Source of the DNA: Candidatus Poribacteria bacterium
GTDB taxonomy: Bacteria; Poribacteria; WGA-4E; WGA-3G
Assembly: GCA_965205025.1 (NCBI GenBank)
Contig: CBDBFU010000029.1
Coordinates: 1 to 64,000, forward strand
DNA length: 64,000 nt
Direction of reading: 5' to 3'
A program made the position numbers and the translations under genes. This document shows, piece by piece, positions 28,665 through 38,110 of the stretch (its first letter is position 1; the number at the start of each line of letters is the position of its first letter). The notes beneath the pieces were generated by a model. That model ran no database searches and was not told the DNA's origin. It saw only the letters and a list, made by a program, of their open reading frames with translations.

Positions 28665-30602
28665 ATGCGCGCTACCCTTTTTCAATGGTGTCGCACCGGC
28701 AGTTATTTTTTAGGTGCTCTCTTCTTTCTCTGGCTTGGATATTGGATCCAAGAGCATTTTGTTGTCCAAGACAGTATTCATGATAAGAACGTGCTTCTAA
28801 TTTTTAGAGAGGCACCATACCAGTCACGTTATTGTCCTCTCTGGTGTGCCAATCTAATTGCTGGTGGACTTCTGTTATGCGCGCTATTTTTGATTGTGCC
28901 GGTTACCCGTGTTTTGCGCCTGCGATGGTTTCATTTCGCTATTTTTTGTTTGTTATTATTAATATGTGTATTGCCGATACAGTTACACTTTGATGCGGGA
29001 CGTTTAAAACATGACACTCTTCTTACTCGCCTTTCATACCGTCTAATTCTTAACAGTATCGGTATAGTTTTATGTTTTCGAGGCTTAGTTTGTATGCCAA
29101 GACCGATAAAACTCCATGCTGTGCTTGACCGTTTTTTTCTATGGATAAGCAGCATCCGTCAACGTGCGTTTTTAGTCGGATCGTTTATCAGTTGCTTTAT
29201 GATATGCGGCTTCCTCTCTTGGTATGTTTTCGATGGGGTGCCAGGATTCGTTGACTCCTGCGCATATATGTTTCAAGCCCGCCTATTCGCGCATGGTATG
29301 CTTTATGCACCGCTACCTATTGAACCTCAATTTTTTGAAGCCTTGCATACCATCCTCTCTGACAAATGGTATACGGTGTATCCGCCTGGGTATCCTGCAA
29401 TACTTGCGATAGGCGTGATTTTCAGAATATCTTGGCTTGTAAATCCGCTTCTTGGTGCTTTTACAATCGTTTGCATTTATCTACTTGCAAAGGAACTTTA
29501 CGGAGACAACATTGGAAAACTCTCTGCTATATTAGCATGCGCGAGTGTTTTTTTTCTGTTCATGTCTTCAGAATTTGCCTCCCATACTTCAACTCTCTTT
29601 TTTATTACGTTAGCATTTCTCAGTTTCGTGTGGATGGTTAAAAAGAAACGTCCACACCTTTCAGCAGTCGTCTGTGGAATATGTTTAGGGGTTGCACTCT
29701 TGTGTCGTCCTTATACAGCGTTCTGGATTTGTGTGCCGATGGGTATTGCAGCAATTGCAACACGAAAAAAGTTGTCGCTTCGGCTTGTTCTCATTGGTGC
29801 GATACCCCTTCTTCTTGCATGTTTAGCATTTCTTGCTTACAACTATGCGACAACAGGACACCCACTTCTTTTGGGGTATATTCAGATGCATGGTAAAAAC
29901 CACTATCCAGGTTTTCACCAAGAGCCATGGGGACATCAGGTCCACACTGTAAAACAAGGATTCAAATATGTTTTTGAGAACCTGAATGCACTGGACTATT
30001 ACCTATTTGAGTGGCCGATCCCCGCTCTACTTTTCGTATGTGTTTTCCTTGCGTATGGCAAAAAGAGACTCTGGGAATGGTTGCTGGTTGGATGGATAGT
30101 AACGTTGTTCGTGGGACATTTTTTTTATTTTTTCAACCAGTTGGATTTCGGACCGCGCTTTGTATACGAATGTTTACCAGCGTTAATTCTATTAACAAGC
30201 CGTGGATTATCATTGAGTACGCAATTTATAACTTCACGGTGGAAGACTTTATCTGATGCACACGCTCGAAATATCCTCTGTTATACGCTTTTTGGCCTTT
30301 TTGTGTTTGCATTTCTATTCAATGTCCCGTCAACAGCAAAGTTCTATCAAAATCAGTATGGACCAGATGTGACAATTCAGAAATATCTTAACAAAAACGA
30401 TGTTGCACAAGCATTAGTCTTTGTAAGAGGGATTCGTTCCTATCAGGTGCATTATCCATTCAACGCGCCTTTTGCCACCCCGCATATCTATGCCAAAGAT
30501 AGAGGCAGTGAAAACAAGAAACTTGCTGAAGAGTTCCCAGGCTACCGTTATTTCATTGCTGATCAAGGAAAGGTTGAGGAAGTTTCGGTTGATGAACTCT
30601 GA
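28665..30602 (+). CDS. GT-C fold membrane glycosyltransferase (ArnT/PMT-like, GT39/GT83)
   Basis: Polytopic; DSCAYMFQARLFAHG, YPPGYP, SEFASH, RP and GPRFVYE motifs. Confidence 0.8.
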   Translation: MRATLFQWCRTGSYFLGALFFLWLGYWIQEHFVVQDSIHDKNVLLIFREAPYQSRYCPLWCANLIAGGLLLCALFLIVPVTRVLRLRWFHFAIFCLLLLICVLPIQLHFDAGRLKHDTLLTRLSYRLILNSIGIVLCFRGLVCMPRPIKLHAVLDRFFLWISSIRQRAFLVGSFISCFMICGFLSWYVFDGVPGFVDSCAYMFQARLFAHGMLYAPLPIEPQFFEALHTILSDKWYTVYPPGYPAILAIGVIFRISWLVNPLLGAFTIVCIYLLAKELYGDNIGKLSAILACASVFFLFMSSEFASHTSTLFFITLAFLSFVWMVKKKRPHLSAVVCGICLGVALLCRPYTAFWICVPMGIAAIATRKKLSLRLVLIGAIPLLLACLAFLAYNYATTGHPLLLGYIQMHGKNHYPGFHQEPWGHQVHTVKQGFKYVFENLNALDYYLFEWPIPALLFVCVFLAYGKKRLWEWLLVGWIVTLFVGHFFYFFNQLDFGPRFVYECLPALILLTSRGLSLSTQFITSRWKTLSDAHARNILCYTLFGLFVFAFLFNVPSTAKFYQNQYGPDVTIQKYLNKNDVAQALVFVRGIRSYQVHYPFNAPFATPHIYAKDRGSENKKLAEEFPGYRYFIADQGKVEEVSVDEL

Positions 30603-30625
30603 CAATAAGAAAGGTTGGTAAAACA

Positions 30626-32092
30626 ATGCTTGGTATCAATTCATTGAGGTTAACAAAACAAAACGTAGTAACAGCACTATTTATCTTATTTCTCATTTTA
30701 CTAACGTTTTTACCGCGCCTCTTTTCACTGTCAGTGCATTGGGCAACCGATGAGGACTTGTGGATGCAACGTTCACGCAATTTCTACTTCGCCTTGAAAA
30801 ATGGTGAGTTTGAGGACACACACGTCGCATATCATCCGGGTGTGACAACGTGTTGGTTAGGGAGTCTTGCTATCTGGTTAACAGCTCAACCCAGTTATTT
30901 TAATAGTTGGTTGCATTCTGATCAGTTTATGTCGCCAGGTATGCTTGCTCGCGTGAGATTTCCAATAGTCTTTTTAAGCGGGATTCTTACTTTGATAGCA
31001 GGACTGCTTCTCTATCGTTTGTTCGATGCATTGCATGCATGTATAGGTACGCTATTTTTAGCAATTGAGCCATTTCTAATTTCTGAGAGTCGCCGCGCAC
31101 ATACAGATGTGTTGACAGCACTTTTCTTGTTTTTAGCATTGCTATTATGGTTATGCTATTTGGAAGGTGAAACGCGCAAACCTCGATGGAACCTCGTTTT
31201 ATCGGGCATTTGTTTCGGGTTAGCATGTTTGACAAAAAGCCATGCGGGTGCATTGACAATCACGCATCCAGCACCAACTCCATTTTTGGGTGTGAGTCGT
31301 TACAATCCTGGTTTCCTATTTTATCCAGTGATGTGGTTTGTATGGACAGGGATTTTGACACTTCCATTAATCATCTTCACAATGTGTCGAACTTGGCAGA
31401 TACGGCAGAAGGAAGGAAAAATATTTCGGATTGTTGTTGTGATGTTGTTATTTACCGTATTTTATTTAATTGGATTGAGTTTTGTCGCCCAAAAAACCTC
31501 TCGCTATATCGTTATCTTCCTGCCAGTTATAAGCCTTTTAACAGCAATGGGGGTGATGCAGCTTGCACAACTTTTACATAAGAGATGGCTCACTTATCTT
31601 ATTCTTATAACTGTGTTTTGTATACAAGCCGTTCCAATCCTTCGTCTTTATCCCTACTATCGTGCATATTATCATCCTCTTTTATCTGCAAAGTGGGTTG
31701 AAGAAAGGACAGCTCCTATTACAGGGGCAGGATTAGATCTTGCAGCAGACTATCTTAATGCAAAACCTGACGCTGAACGGCTTCGTGTTAGGCATACTTG
31801 GTTCTGCAAAGATTTTGCGCGCTACTTTATCGGTGAAACAGGCTACTACAAATATGATCCTTCAACTCACAATTTCGATTATGATTTGGAGTATCTATAC
31901 GATAGACAGATTATACATACCCCCATGGATACATCTGAGGATATAACTTACCGGAGAACAGCACTAAAACGCGAGCGAACAGTGCGTCGTGAACTGGAAC
32001 ATGTCGTAAGTTTGAATGGCATTGATTATGTGTGGATCTATCGTATTATTAAGCCTGAATCTACAAATAACACTGACAAGTCATCAGAGTAA
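30626..32092 (+). CDS. GT-C fold membrane glycosyltransferase (PMT-like), possibly internally deleted
   Basis: TDEDLW, HPGVT, EPFLISESRRAHTD, LTK and RY motifs; abrupt jump at LTKSHAGA|LTITHP. Confidence 0.75.
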   Translation: MLGINSLRLTKQNVVTALFILFLILLTFLPRLFSLSVHWATDEDLWMQRSRNFYFALKNGEFEDTHVAYHPGVTTCWLGSLAIWLTAQPSYFNSWLHSDQFMSPGMLARVRFPIVFLSGILTLIAGLLLYRLFDALHACIGTLFLAIEPFLISESRRAHTDVLTALFLFLALLLWLCYLEGETRKPRWNLVLSGICFGLACLTKSHAGALTITHPAPTPFLGVSRYNPGFLFYPVMWFVWTGILTLPLIIFTMCRTWQIRQKEGKIFRIVVVMLLFTVFYLIGLSFVAQKTSRYIVIFLPVISLLTAMGVMQLAQLLHKRWLTYLILITVFCIQAVPILRLYPYYRAYYHPLLSAKWVEERTAPITGAGLDLAADYLNAKPDAERLRVRHTWFCKDFARYFIGETGYYKYDPSTHNFDYDLEYLYDRQIIHTPMDTSEDITYRRTALKRERTVRRELEHVVSLNGIDYVWIYRIIKPESTNNTDKSSE

Positions 32093-32167
32093 CAATAAGT
32101 TTTTAACGTTCCTTATCAGTCTTTCGGATGTTTAGGAGGTCTTGTTGCTTTCATTGGTGTTATTATA

Positions 32168-32879
32168 CTATAGTTTGGACAGTATTAAGTGTTACGCATT
32201 TCGTCCCGCCAAATCAAGGAATCAACGGTATGAATGACATTAAGTCATTCCCCGGGTATGAATGCCATTAAGGCATCCACCGGGGCTTAGTGTTTAAGAT
32301 TTGTACGTTTTCTACACACCTTTCGCCCCGCGAATCAAGGAATCAACGGTATGAATGACATTAAGTCATTCCCCGGGTATGAATGCCTTATGGCATTCCC
32401 CGGGACTCAAGATAGTGGATAAACGCGTTTTCTATAGACATTTCGTCCCTACGGGACTCATATGTATATGATAATCCTTATATCAGGTAAGTCTTAATCT
32501 AAATCTATCAATTGAAAATGGTATAATCTTACTAAATTGACGCCTATGGTTCACTGGGAAACCGCACCTACCGGGTTTGGGGAAAATAGAATTACCGAAA
32601 TATGTTCTTAATCTTCATTTGTTTGTGCCTAATGGTGACGCAAACTAAAAGTTTGCGGTACAAAGAGAAATCCACAATCTTGTGCATATTGGTTTAAACA
32701 AAAGGATACTTTCATTGGAACTGAATTTACCAGAACCAAGAGCATGATAACCTAAAATTGACGCTATGAATCAAGGAATCAACGGTATGAATGCTATAAA
32801 GCATTCCCCGCCTACCGGGTCTATGAGAGTAATATTGTGGGTAAAATGAAGTTCATATACCTATTATCAAACTCACGTT
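32168..32879. repeat. Composite repeat cluster (ends of several MITE families, REP hairpins, hairpin elements 32210-32281, 32332-32401, 32768-32809)
   Basis: CTATAGTTTGGACA, CAATTGAAAATGGTA, AAATTGACGC(C)TA, the right half of an ATGAAG-MITE and TTATCAAACTCACGTT all recur elsewhere in the window. Confidence 0.78.
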
Positions 32880-33596
32880 CTATGTAAAGAATTCCTCATT
32901 GTAGGGTCTTACATCTACTTCGAAACTCCAAGCACTGCGTTCTTGTTGTATAAGTGCCCAGTAAGTTTCCGCAATAGAATCTGGAGCAAGTAATGGTTCA
33001 TTAGGTGATAGTTGATACCTTTCCCGTACATCAGGGGTGTCAATAACACCGTCTATAATGACGTGTGCCACATGAATTCCTTGTGGACCTACTTCACGCG
33101 CAAGTGAAGAGGCTAATCCTCGCATTGCATATTTTGCACTACTGAATGCGATTGCCCCTGCTCTACCACGTACGGCAGAGGTAGCACCAGAAAATAGTAT
33201 GTTACCACTCCCTTTTTCTATCATTCCTGGTACAACCTGCTTAATACAATGAAAAGCTCCGAGTGTACAAACCCTCCAAGCATTTTCGAATGCCTCTGCT
33301 GTCAGTTCAGATAGATTCCCCCAAGCAGCATTTCCAGCATGGTTTACGAGTATATCAGGTGCTCCTAATTCCTCTCGAATCTGTTTAAAGGTTGCTGCCA
33401 CTTGTGAGGCATCCGTAATATCTGTTGGTATTGGAAGTATTTTTACACCAGTTTCTTCCAATCTATTTGTTAAGTTGATGCTATATGCTGCTGAACGTGC
33501 AAGTAATGCAAGATTACAACCTTCACTTGCGAATTTCCGTGCGATTGCTGCACCTAATCCTGGACCGACACCTGCAATCACTGCGATTTTTGACAT
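32880..33596 (-). CDS. Short-chain dehydrogenase/reductase
   Basis: AGVGPGLG, NHAG, SGATSAVRG, FSSAK and HVAHVIIDG motifs. Confidence 0.92.
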   Translation of the reverse strand: MSKIAVIAGVGPGLGAAIARKFASEGCNLALLARSAAYSINLTNRLEETGVKILPIPTDITDASQVAATFKQIREELGAPDILVNHAGNAAWGNLSELTAEAFENAWRVCTLGAFHCIKQVVPGMIEKGSGNILFSGATSAVRGRAGAIAFSSAKYAMRGLASSLAREVGPQGIHVAHVIIDGVIDTPDVRERYQLSPNEPLLAPDSIAETYWALIQQERSAWSFEVDVRPYNEEFFT

Positions 33597-33655
33597 GTTA
33601 TTTACCCCGTAATTTGTAAATATAAATAGTAAGTATTGTCTTCTCTATTCGTAAA

Positions 33656-34867
33656 TTATTCGTGCCTTAAAGCGTCGATTGGATGCAATTTTGCTGCTTT
33701 CCATGCTGGGTATGCACCAAAAAACACACCAACAAGTGCACTTACAATAAATGAAAGAATACCGTAAACTGGAGAGATAACTGTACGCCATTCCCATATT
33801 GATGGTACAAGTAATGCTCCACCTATTCCGACTCCTACACCGACGATTCCACCTATCAATGCTAAGGTAGTTGATTCAACAAGAAATTGGACAAGGATAT
33901 CTAACCGTTGTGCCCCCACAGCCTTTCGTAGACCAATTTCTTTTGTCCGTTCAGTAACCGATACCAACATAATATTCATAATACCAATACCCCCTACAAG
34001 TAAAGATACTATAGCAATTCCCAAAATCATATTAGTAAAAGTCTGTCCTGATGCTTCAAACATTTCCATGAATTCTGCTTGATTTCGAACGTGAAAATCA
34101 GGTTCTTTATTTGCAGGTATTTTGTGTTGTTTACGTATTATTTCCATAACTTCAGCTTCAGCAGTTTCAAGTTCTTTATCTGAATTTGCTTGGACACTAA
34201 TACTTGACAAAAATTCATTTCCAAATACACGTTTCATTGCAGTAGAATAGGGAATGAAAACCTGATCATCTGGATTCCTCCATCCACTTGCCCCTTTCTC
34301 CTTCATCACCCCTAAGACATGGAAACTTACATTCTTAATTTTAACTGTTTTCCCAACCGGATCTCTGTTGCCAAATAGATTGTCAACAACTGTTTTACCA
34401 AGAACACAAACACGCTGTCTGTAGATGATATGATTTTCTGTGAAAAACATACCATTCTCAATCTGGAAATTAGCGGTGACAAGATATTCTGGAGATGTAC
34501 CTACAATGGTTGTGTTGGTATTCTTATTGAGATATTTCACTTGTGCCCGACTACTGATTTCCGGTGTAGCATAACGGAAACTCTTTCCGCGGACTCGTAA
34601 CATGTTTAGATCTTCTACAGTAAGTGTTCTACGTGCATCAGCTGATCCCCGTCCACGAAACATGCTCTGACCGGGACGAACAGCAAGGATGTTTGCCCCC
34701 AACGTTTTTATCCTATCGGTAATATCTGCTTTCGCACCTTCACCAATTGATGTCGTTGTGATGATTGCACCAACACCGATAATTACTCCTAACATTGTCA
34801 GTATTGAGCGAAGTTTATTAGCCAATAATCCATGAAAAGCGTTTGCTAAACTTTCTAAAATGCTCAA
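33656..34867 (-). CDS. MacB/FtsX-type ABC transporter permease
   Basis: RSILTMLGVIIG, GGIGIMNIMLVSVTERTKEIGLRKAVGA and PIDALRHE motifs. Confidence 0.93.
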   Translation of the reverse strand: MSILESLANAFHGLLANKLRSILTMLGVIIGVGAIITTTSIGEGAKADITDRIKTLGANILAVRPGQSMFRGRGSADARRTLTVEDLNMLRVRGKSFRYATPEISSRAQVKYLNKNTNTTIVGTSPEYLVTANFQIENGMFFTENHIIYRQRVCVLGKTVVDNLFGNRDPVGKTVKIKNVSFHVLGVMKEKGASGWRNPDDQVFIPYSTAMKRVFGNEFLSSISVQANSDKELETAEAEVMEIIRKQHKIPANKEPDFHVRNQAEFMEMFEASGQTFTNMILGIAIVSLLVGGIGIMNIMLVSVTERTKEIGLRKAVGAQRLDILVQFLVESTTLALIGGIVGVGVGIGGALLVPSIWEWRTVISPVYGILSFIVSALVGVFFGAYPAWKAAKLHPIDALRHE

Positions 34868-34888
34868 AACCTATCCTCCTGGTATATT

Positions 34889-36931
34889 TTATCTACCTCT
34901 GGATCCACCACCCATGCGTCGTACAGTGGAAGCAGGATTTGACATCATTCGTCTAAACATTTCACTACCGGCATTACCTCGTTGGAATCCACCAATTGCC
35001 ACCATATCCCCTTCTGCGAGTCCAGAGATTACCTCTACCTTATCAAAGCTACTCACACCAACAACAATTGGTAGTGGTCGTTCTGGTTGACCATCAGGAC
35101 CAATCTTCCTGACCATTTTATTTCCTCGCATATCAAGTATCGCTTCTGATGGCAGAGTTAGAATACCAGTTTTACTCACTGCTGAGATCTTTACACTTGC
35201 ATTCATTCCTGGTTTTAGAAATGGCATCTTAACGGATTCAGTCTGTTCTTGCTGCGTAACGTCTATAGGTGGTGGACTGGGTGTATCCTCTATGAGTCCA
35301 CCGAAAAGAGCACCCCAATCATCTTCATCCTTATCCTCTTTTTCTTCAACGGCTTTTATTTCGTCAGGTTTTTCTGTAGTTGTCTGCTGTGGATTAGCTT
35401 CTTCTATCGGATTCGCTTGATCACCTGCTGGCTGTCGTTGTTGACGCATTTGACGGAATCGTTCTCTCTGTTCCTCAGTCATTGATTCCATACCACCGGG
35501 TCGTCCAGCAGTTCTATTACGCATTCCTTGACGTGAAACTGGTGCTCCAACATTTTTTAACTCAGATGTAACCTCAAAGGTAGTAATATTCTGAATAACC
35601 TGTCCTAAAGGAGCGATTTTCAACACCTCTCCATCAAACGGCATATCTGGATATGCTTCAACGGTAATTGTCACAGGTTGTCCAATTTGGACTTTTCCAA
35701 TATCGGTTTCATCAACCTCTGTCACAACATACACAGTATTAAGATCTGCCATTGTAACCAATGTTTGTCCTTCTGAAGAGGCAATTGATGATAGACGAGA
35801 AGTGATAACCTGTCCCTCTTCAACTTTCTTTTCAAGGATTGTTCCGGATATGGGAGCTTTAATAATGGTGTCTTCGTATTCGATTTGACGTAGGTCAAGT
35901 TGCCCTTGACTCCGTTTTAGAGATGCTCTTGAACTTTCTAAGTCATGTTCTTTTCTGTCAATCTGTTTCTCATTTGTCTGTGCGAGTAATAGTGAATCCT
36001 CAGCTTGAGCGATCCGTTGTTGCTGTAATTCAATATCCATATCTCTGGATTCTTCCGCTTCAATCTTCTCATTTGCGACTTCCAGTGAAAACTCCGCTTT
36101 TCTAATATCTGCCTGTGCCAATTCAAGTTCGACTTCACTTGCGGGTTGTTTAACTAACTTTAACTGTTCTACAGAGGAATCATATCTTGCTTTAGCCGAT
36201 TGAAACTGTGCTTCAGAAGCATCAAGCGCTGCCTTAGAAATAAGCTCCTGATCGTGTAATTCAGTATTTCTTTTATGTTCTTTCTCCGCTAATTCCATAC
36301 TGACTTTATCTTGTGTTACTGAAGCTTGTGCGCGTTTCTTCGTTTCGTCACGCACCGTTTCAGATGTAAGAAGTTTATACCTTAGATTAGCAATTTTTAG
36401 GCTATTTTCTGCATCTTTGACACCTCGTTTATTTGCTATCTTCTCAAGTCGTATCTGCTCTTTTAGTTGTTCTAACCGTTTTTTTGCTTCACCGAGTGAT
36501 TCTTTTGCTTGCCGTATCTGAATTTTGGATTGCTCTTTCTGTAGTTGTATGTCAATTTCTGATTGTTGAAGTCGTGCTTCTGCTGCTTTTAGATCAGCTT
36601 GTGCTTGATCTAAACTAATTTCAACATAGGTCTTTTCGATGACGGCTATGATATCGTCCTTTTCCACATAATCTCCAGCGTCAACTCTCAACTCTAAAAT
36701 CTTTCCACTTGCTTTTGAGCTGATTTCAACAATATTCAACGGTTTGATTGTGCCAGTTGCATCAATTGTAACGGCAATATCCCCACGTTCAACAGTTGCT
36801 GTTTGTACAGCAGGAGCGTTAGAATCTTTATCTCCATTCTTCGTAGCAAAGACCATGCGTCCGACCACAACTGCAGCAGCAACGACAAGAACAACCACAC
36901 CCACAATAGTAATTAGTTTCCACCTTCTCAT
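34889..36931 (-). CDS. MacA-like periplasmic adaptor (membrane fusion protein) with extended coiled coil
   Basis: N-terminal TM; VERGDI..ATGTIKP, IKAPISGTIL, VDETDIGKV and LKPGMNASV motifs. Confidence 0.9.
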   Translation of the reverse strand: MRRWKLITIVGVVVLVVAAAVVVGRMVFATKNGDKDSNAPAVQTATVERGDIAVTIDATGTIKPLNIVEISSKASGKILELRVDAGDYVEKDDIIAVIEKTYVEISLDQAQADLKAAEARLQQSEIDIQLQKEQSKIQIRQAKESLGEAKKRLEQLKEQIRLEKIANKRGVKDAENSLKIANLRYKLLTSETVRDETKKRAQASVTQDKVSMELAEKEHKRNTELHDQELISKAALDASEAQFQSAKARYDSSVEQLKLVKQPASEVELELAQADIRKAEFSLEVANEKIEAEESRDMDIELQQQRIAQAEDSLLLAQTNEKQIDRKEHDLESSRASLKRSQGQLDLRQIEYEDTIIKAPISGTILEKKVEEGQVITSRLSSIASSEGQTLVTMADLNTVYVVTEVDETDIGKVQIGQPVTITVEAYPDMPFDGEVLKIAPLGQVIQNITTFEVTSELKNVGAPVSRQGMRNRTAGRPGGMESMTEEQRERFRQMRQQRQPAGDQANPIEEANPQQTTTEKPDEIKAVEEKEDKDEDDWGALFGGLIEDTPSPPPIDVTQQEQTESVKMPFLKPGMNASVKISAVSKTGILTLPSEAILDMRGNKMVRKIGPDGQPERPLPIVVGVSSFDKVEVISGLAEGDMVAIGGFQRGNAGSEMFRRMMSNPASTVRRMGGGSRGR

Positions 36932-37074
36932 CGAAATACCCCCTAAATAAAACTCTTATACAACGGTTACCTCTGTTAATTTTTATTATTCTCTTATTAT
37001 ATTATGTCAAATAAGTTATTGAATAGTTCGTATTATATTACAAGGTATTATTTATTGTTATTCAAAAATTTATT

Positions 37075-38091
37075 TTATCTAATTGGCATATTAACAGCCT
37101 TATCTCTGCGTTCATGCATATTCTTTTCCATAGACTCAGGATATCTGTCAGTTAGATAAGATATGTCATTCAATCTATTGAGTTCTTCATCATTTAACTT
37201 GCATCCATCAACGCCAAGATTATCCTGTAAATGTTCAATTCTACGTGCCCCGACAATTACAGATGTCATTGCATTTTGTTCTAATACCCACCTGAGCGCG
37301 ATCTGCGCGGGACTATATCCCAATTTCTCCGAAACATCAAGGAGTGTTTGTAAGGTTTCATCTGCATTTGATGCGAAATAGCGTTGTGGAAATGCCCATC
37401 CTTCTTCTGAACGCGATCCTTGCTGCATACGTTCTCCAGGTTTATATTTACCAGAGAGGAATCCGCCTGCTAATGGACTCCAGACAACAATCCCTAATCC
37501 TTTGTTTTTACAGAGTGGTACCAATTCTTGCTCTATATCACGAACAACAAGATTATATATGGGTTGATAACAGACAAATTGTTCAATGTTATTGGACTCG
37601 CTAATCCATAATGCTTCAGAGAGTCTCCATGCTTGATAATTGCTGCATGCAGTGTATCGCACCTTCCCTTGACGAACTAAATCATCTAATGCTCTAAGCA
37701 TCTCATCCAAAGGTGTTTGTGTGTCTACATGATGAATATAATATATATCAACATAGGTCCGTCTGAAGTCTTTTAAGACTATCGTCGATGGCTTGCATAA
37801 TATGAACTCGTGACATGCCAGAATCGTTTGGGACCTTTACCCATTGGATTGAAAAACTTAGTTGCAATAATTGCATCACGCCGGCGTCCTTTTAATGCAT
37901 TCCCGAGTATTAACTTCTGATTCACCATCTCCATAAGAATTGGCAGTATCAAAGAAGTTGACGCCAGCATCCAAGGCGAGTTGTACCATCTGTTTCGATT
38001 CTGCTTCATCCGTTCCGTGTCCAAAGGTCATTGTTCCTAAACAGATTTCTGATACCTTTAGTCCAGATTTACCAAGTCTTTTATATTCCAC
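37075..38091 (-). CDS. Aldo/keto reductase, split by three single-base insertions
   Basis: LGKSGLKVSEICLGTMTFG, FDTANSYG, IATK and WSPLAGGFLSGKY lie in successive frames. Extra bases near 37910, 37828 and 37757. Confidence 0.85.
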
Positions 38092-38110
38092 TATACCCTC
38101 ACTTATTAAT

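Noticed and set aside
37075-38091. Programmed frameshifting or pseudogenisation of the aldo/keto reductase (also the indels near 39325, 44015, 51797, 59686)
   Set aside because: The indels are single-base changes, mostly in or next to short homopolymers, scattered over unrelated genes with otherwise intact motifs. This fits sequencing or assembly error better; reads are needed to confirm.
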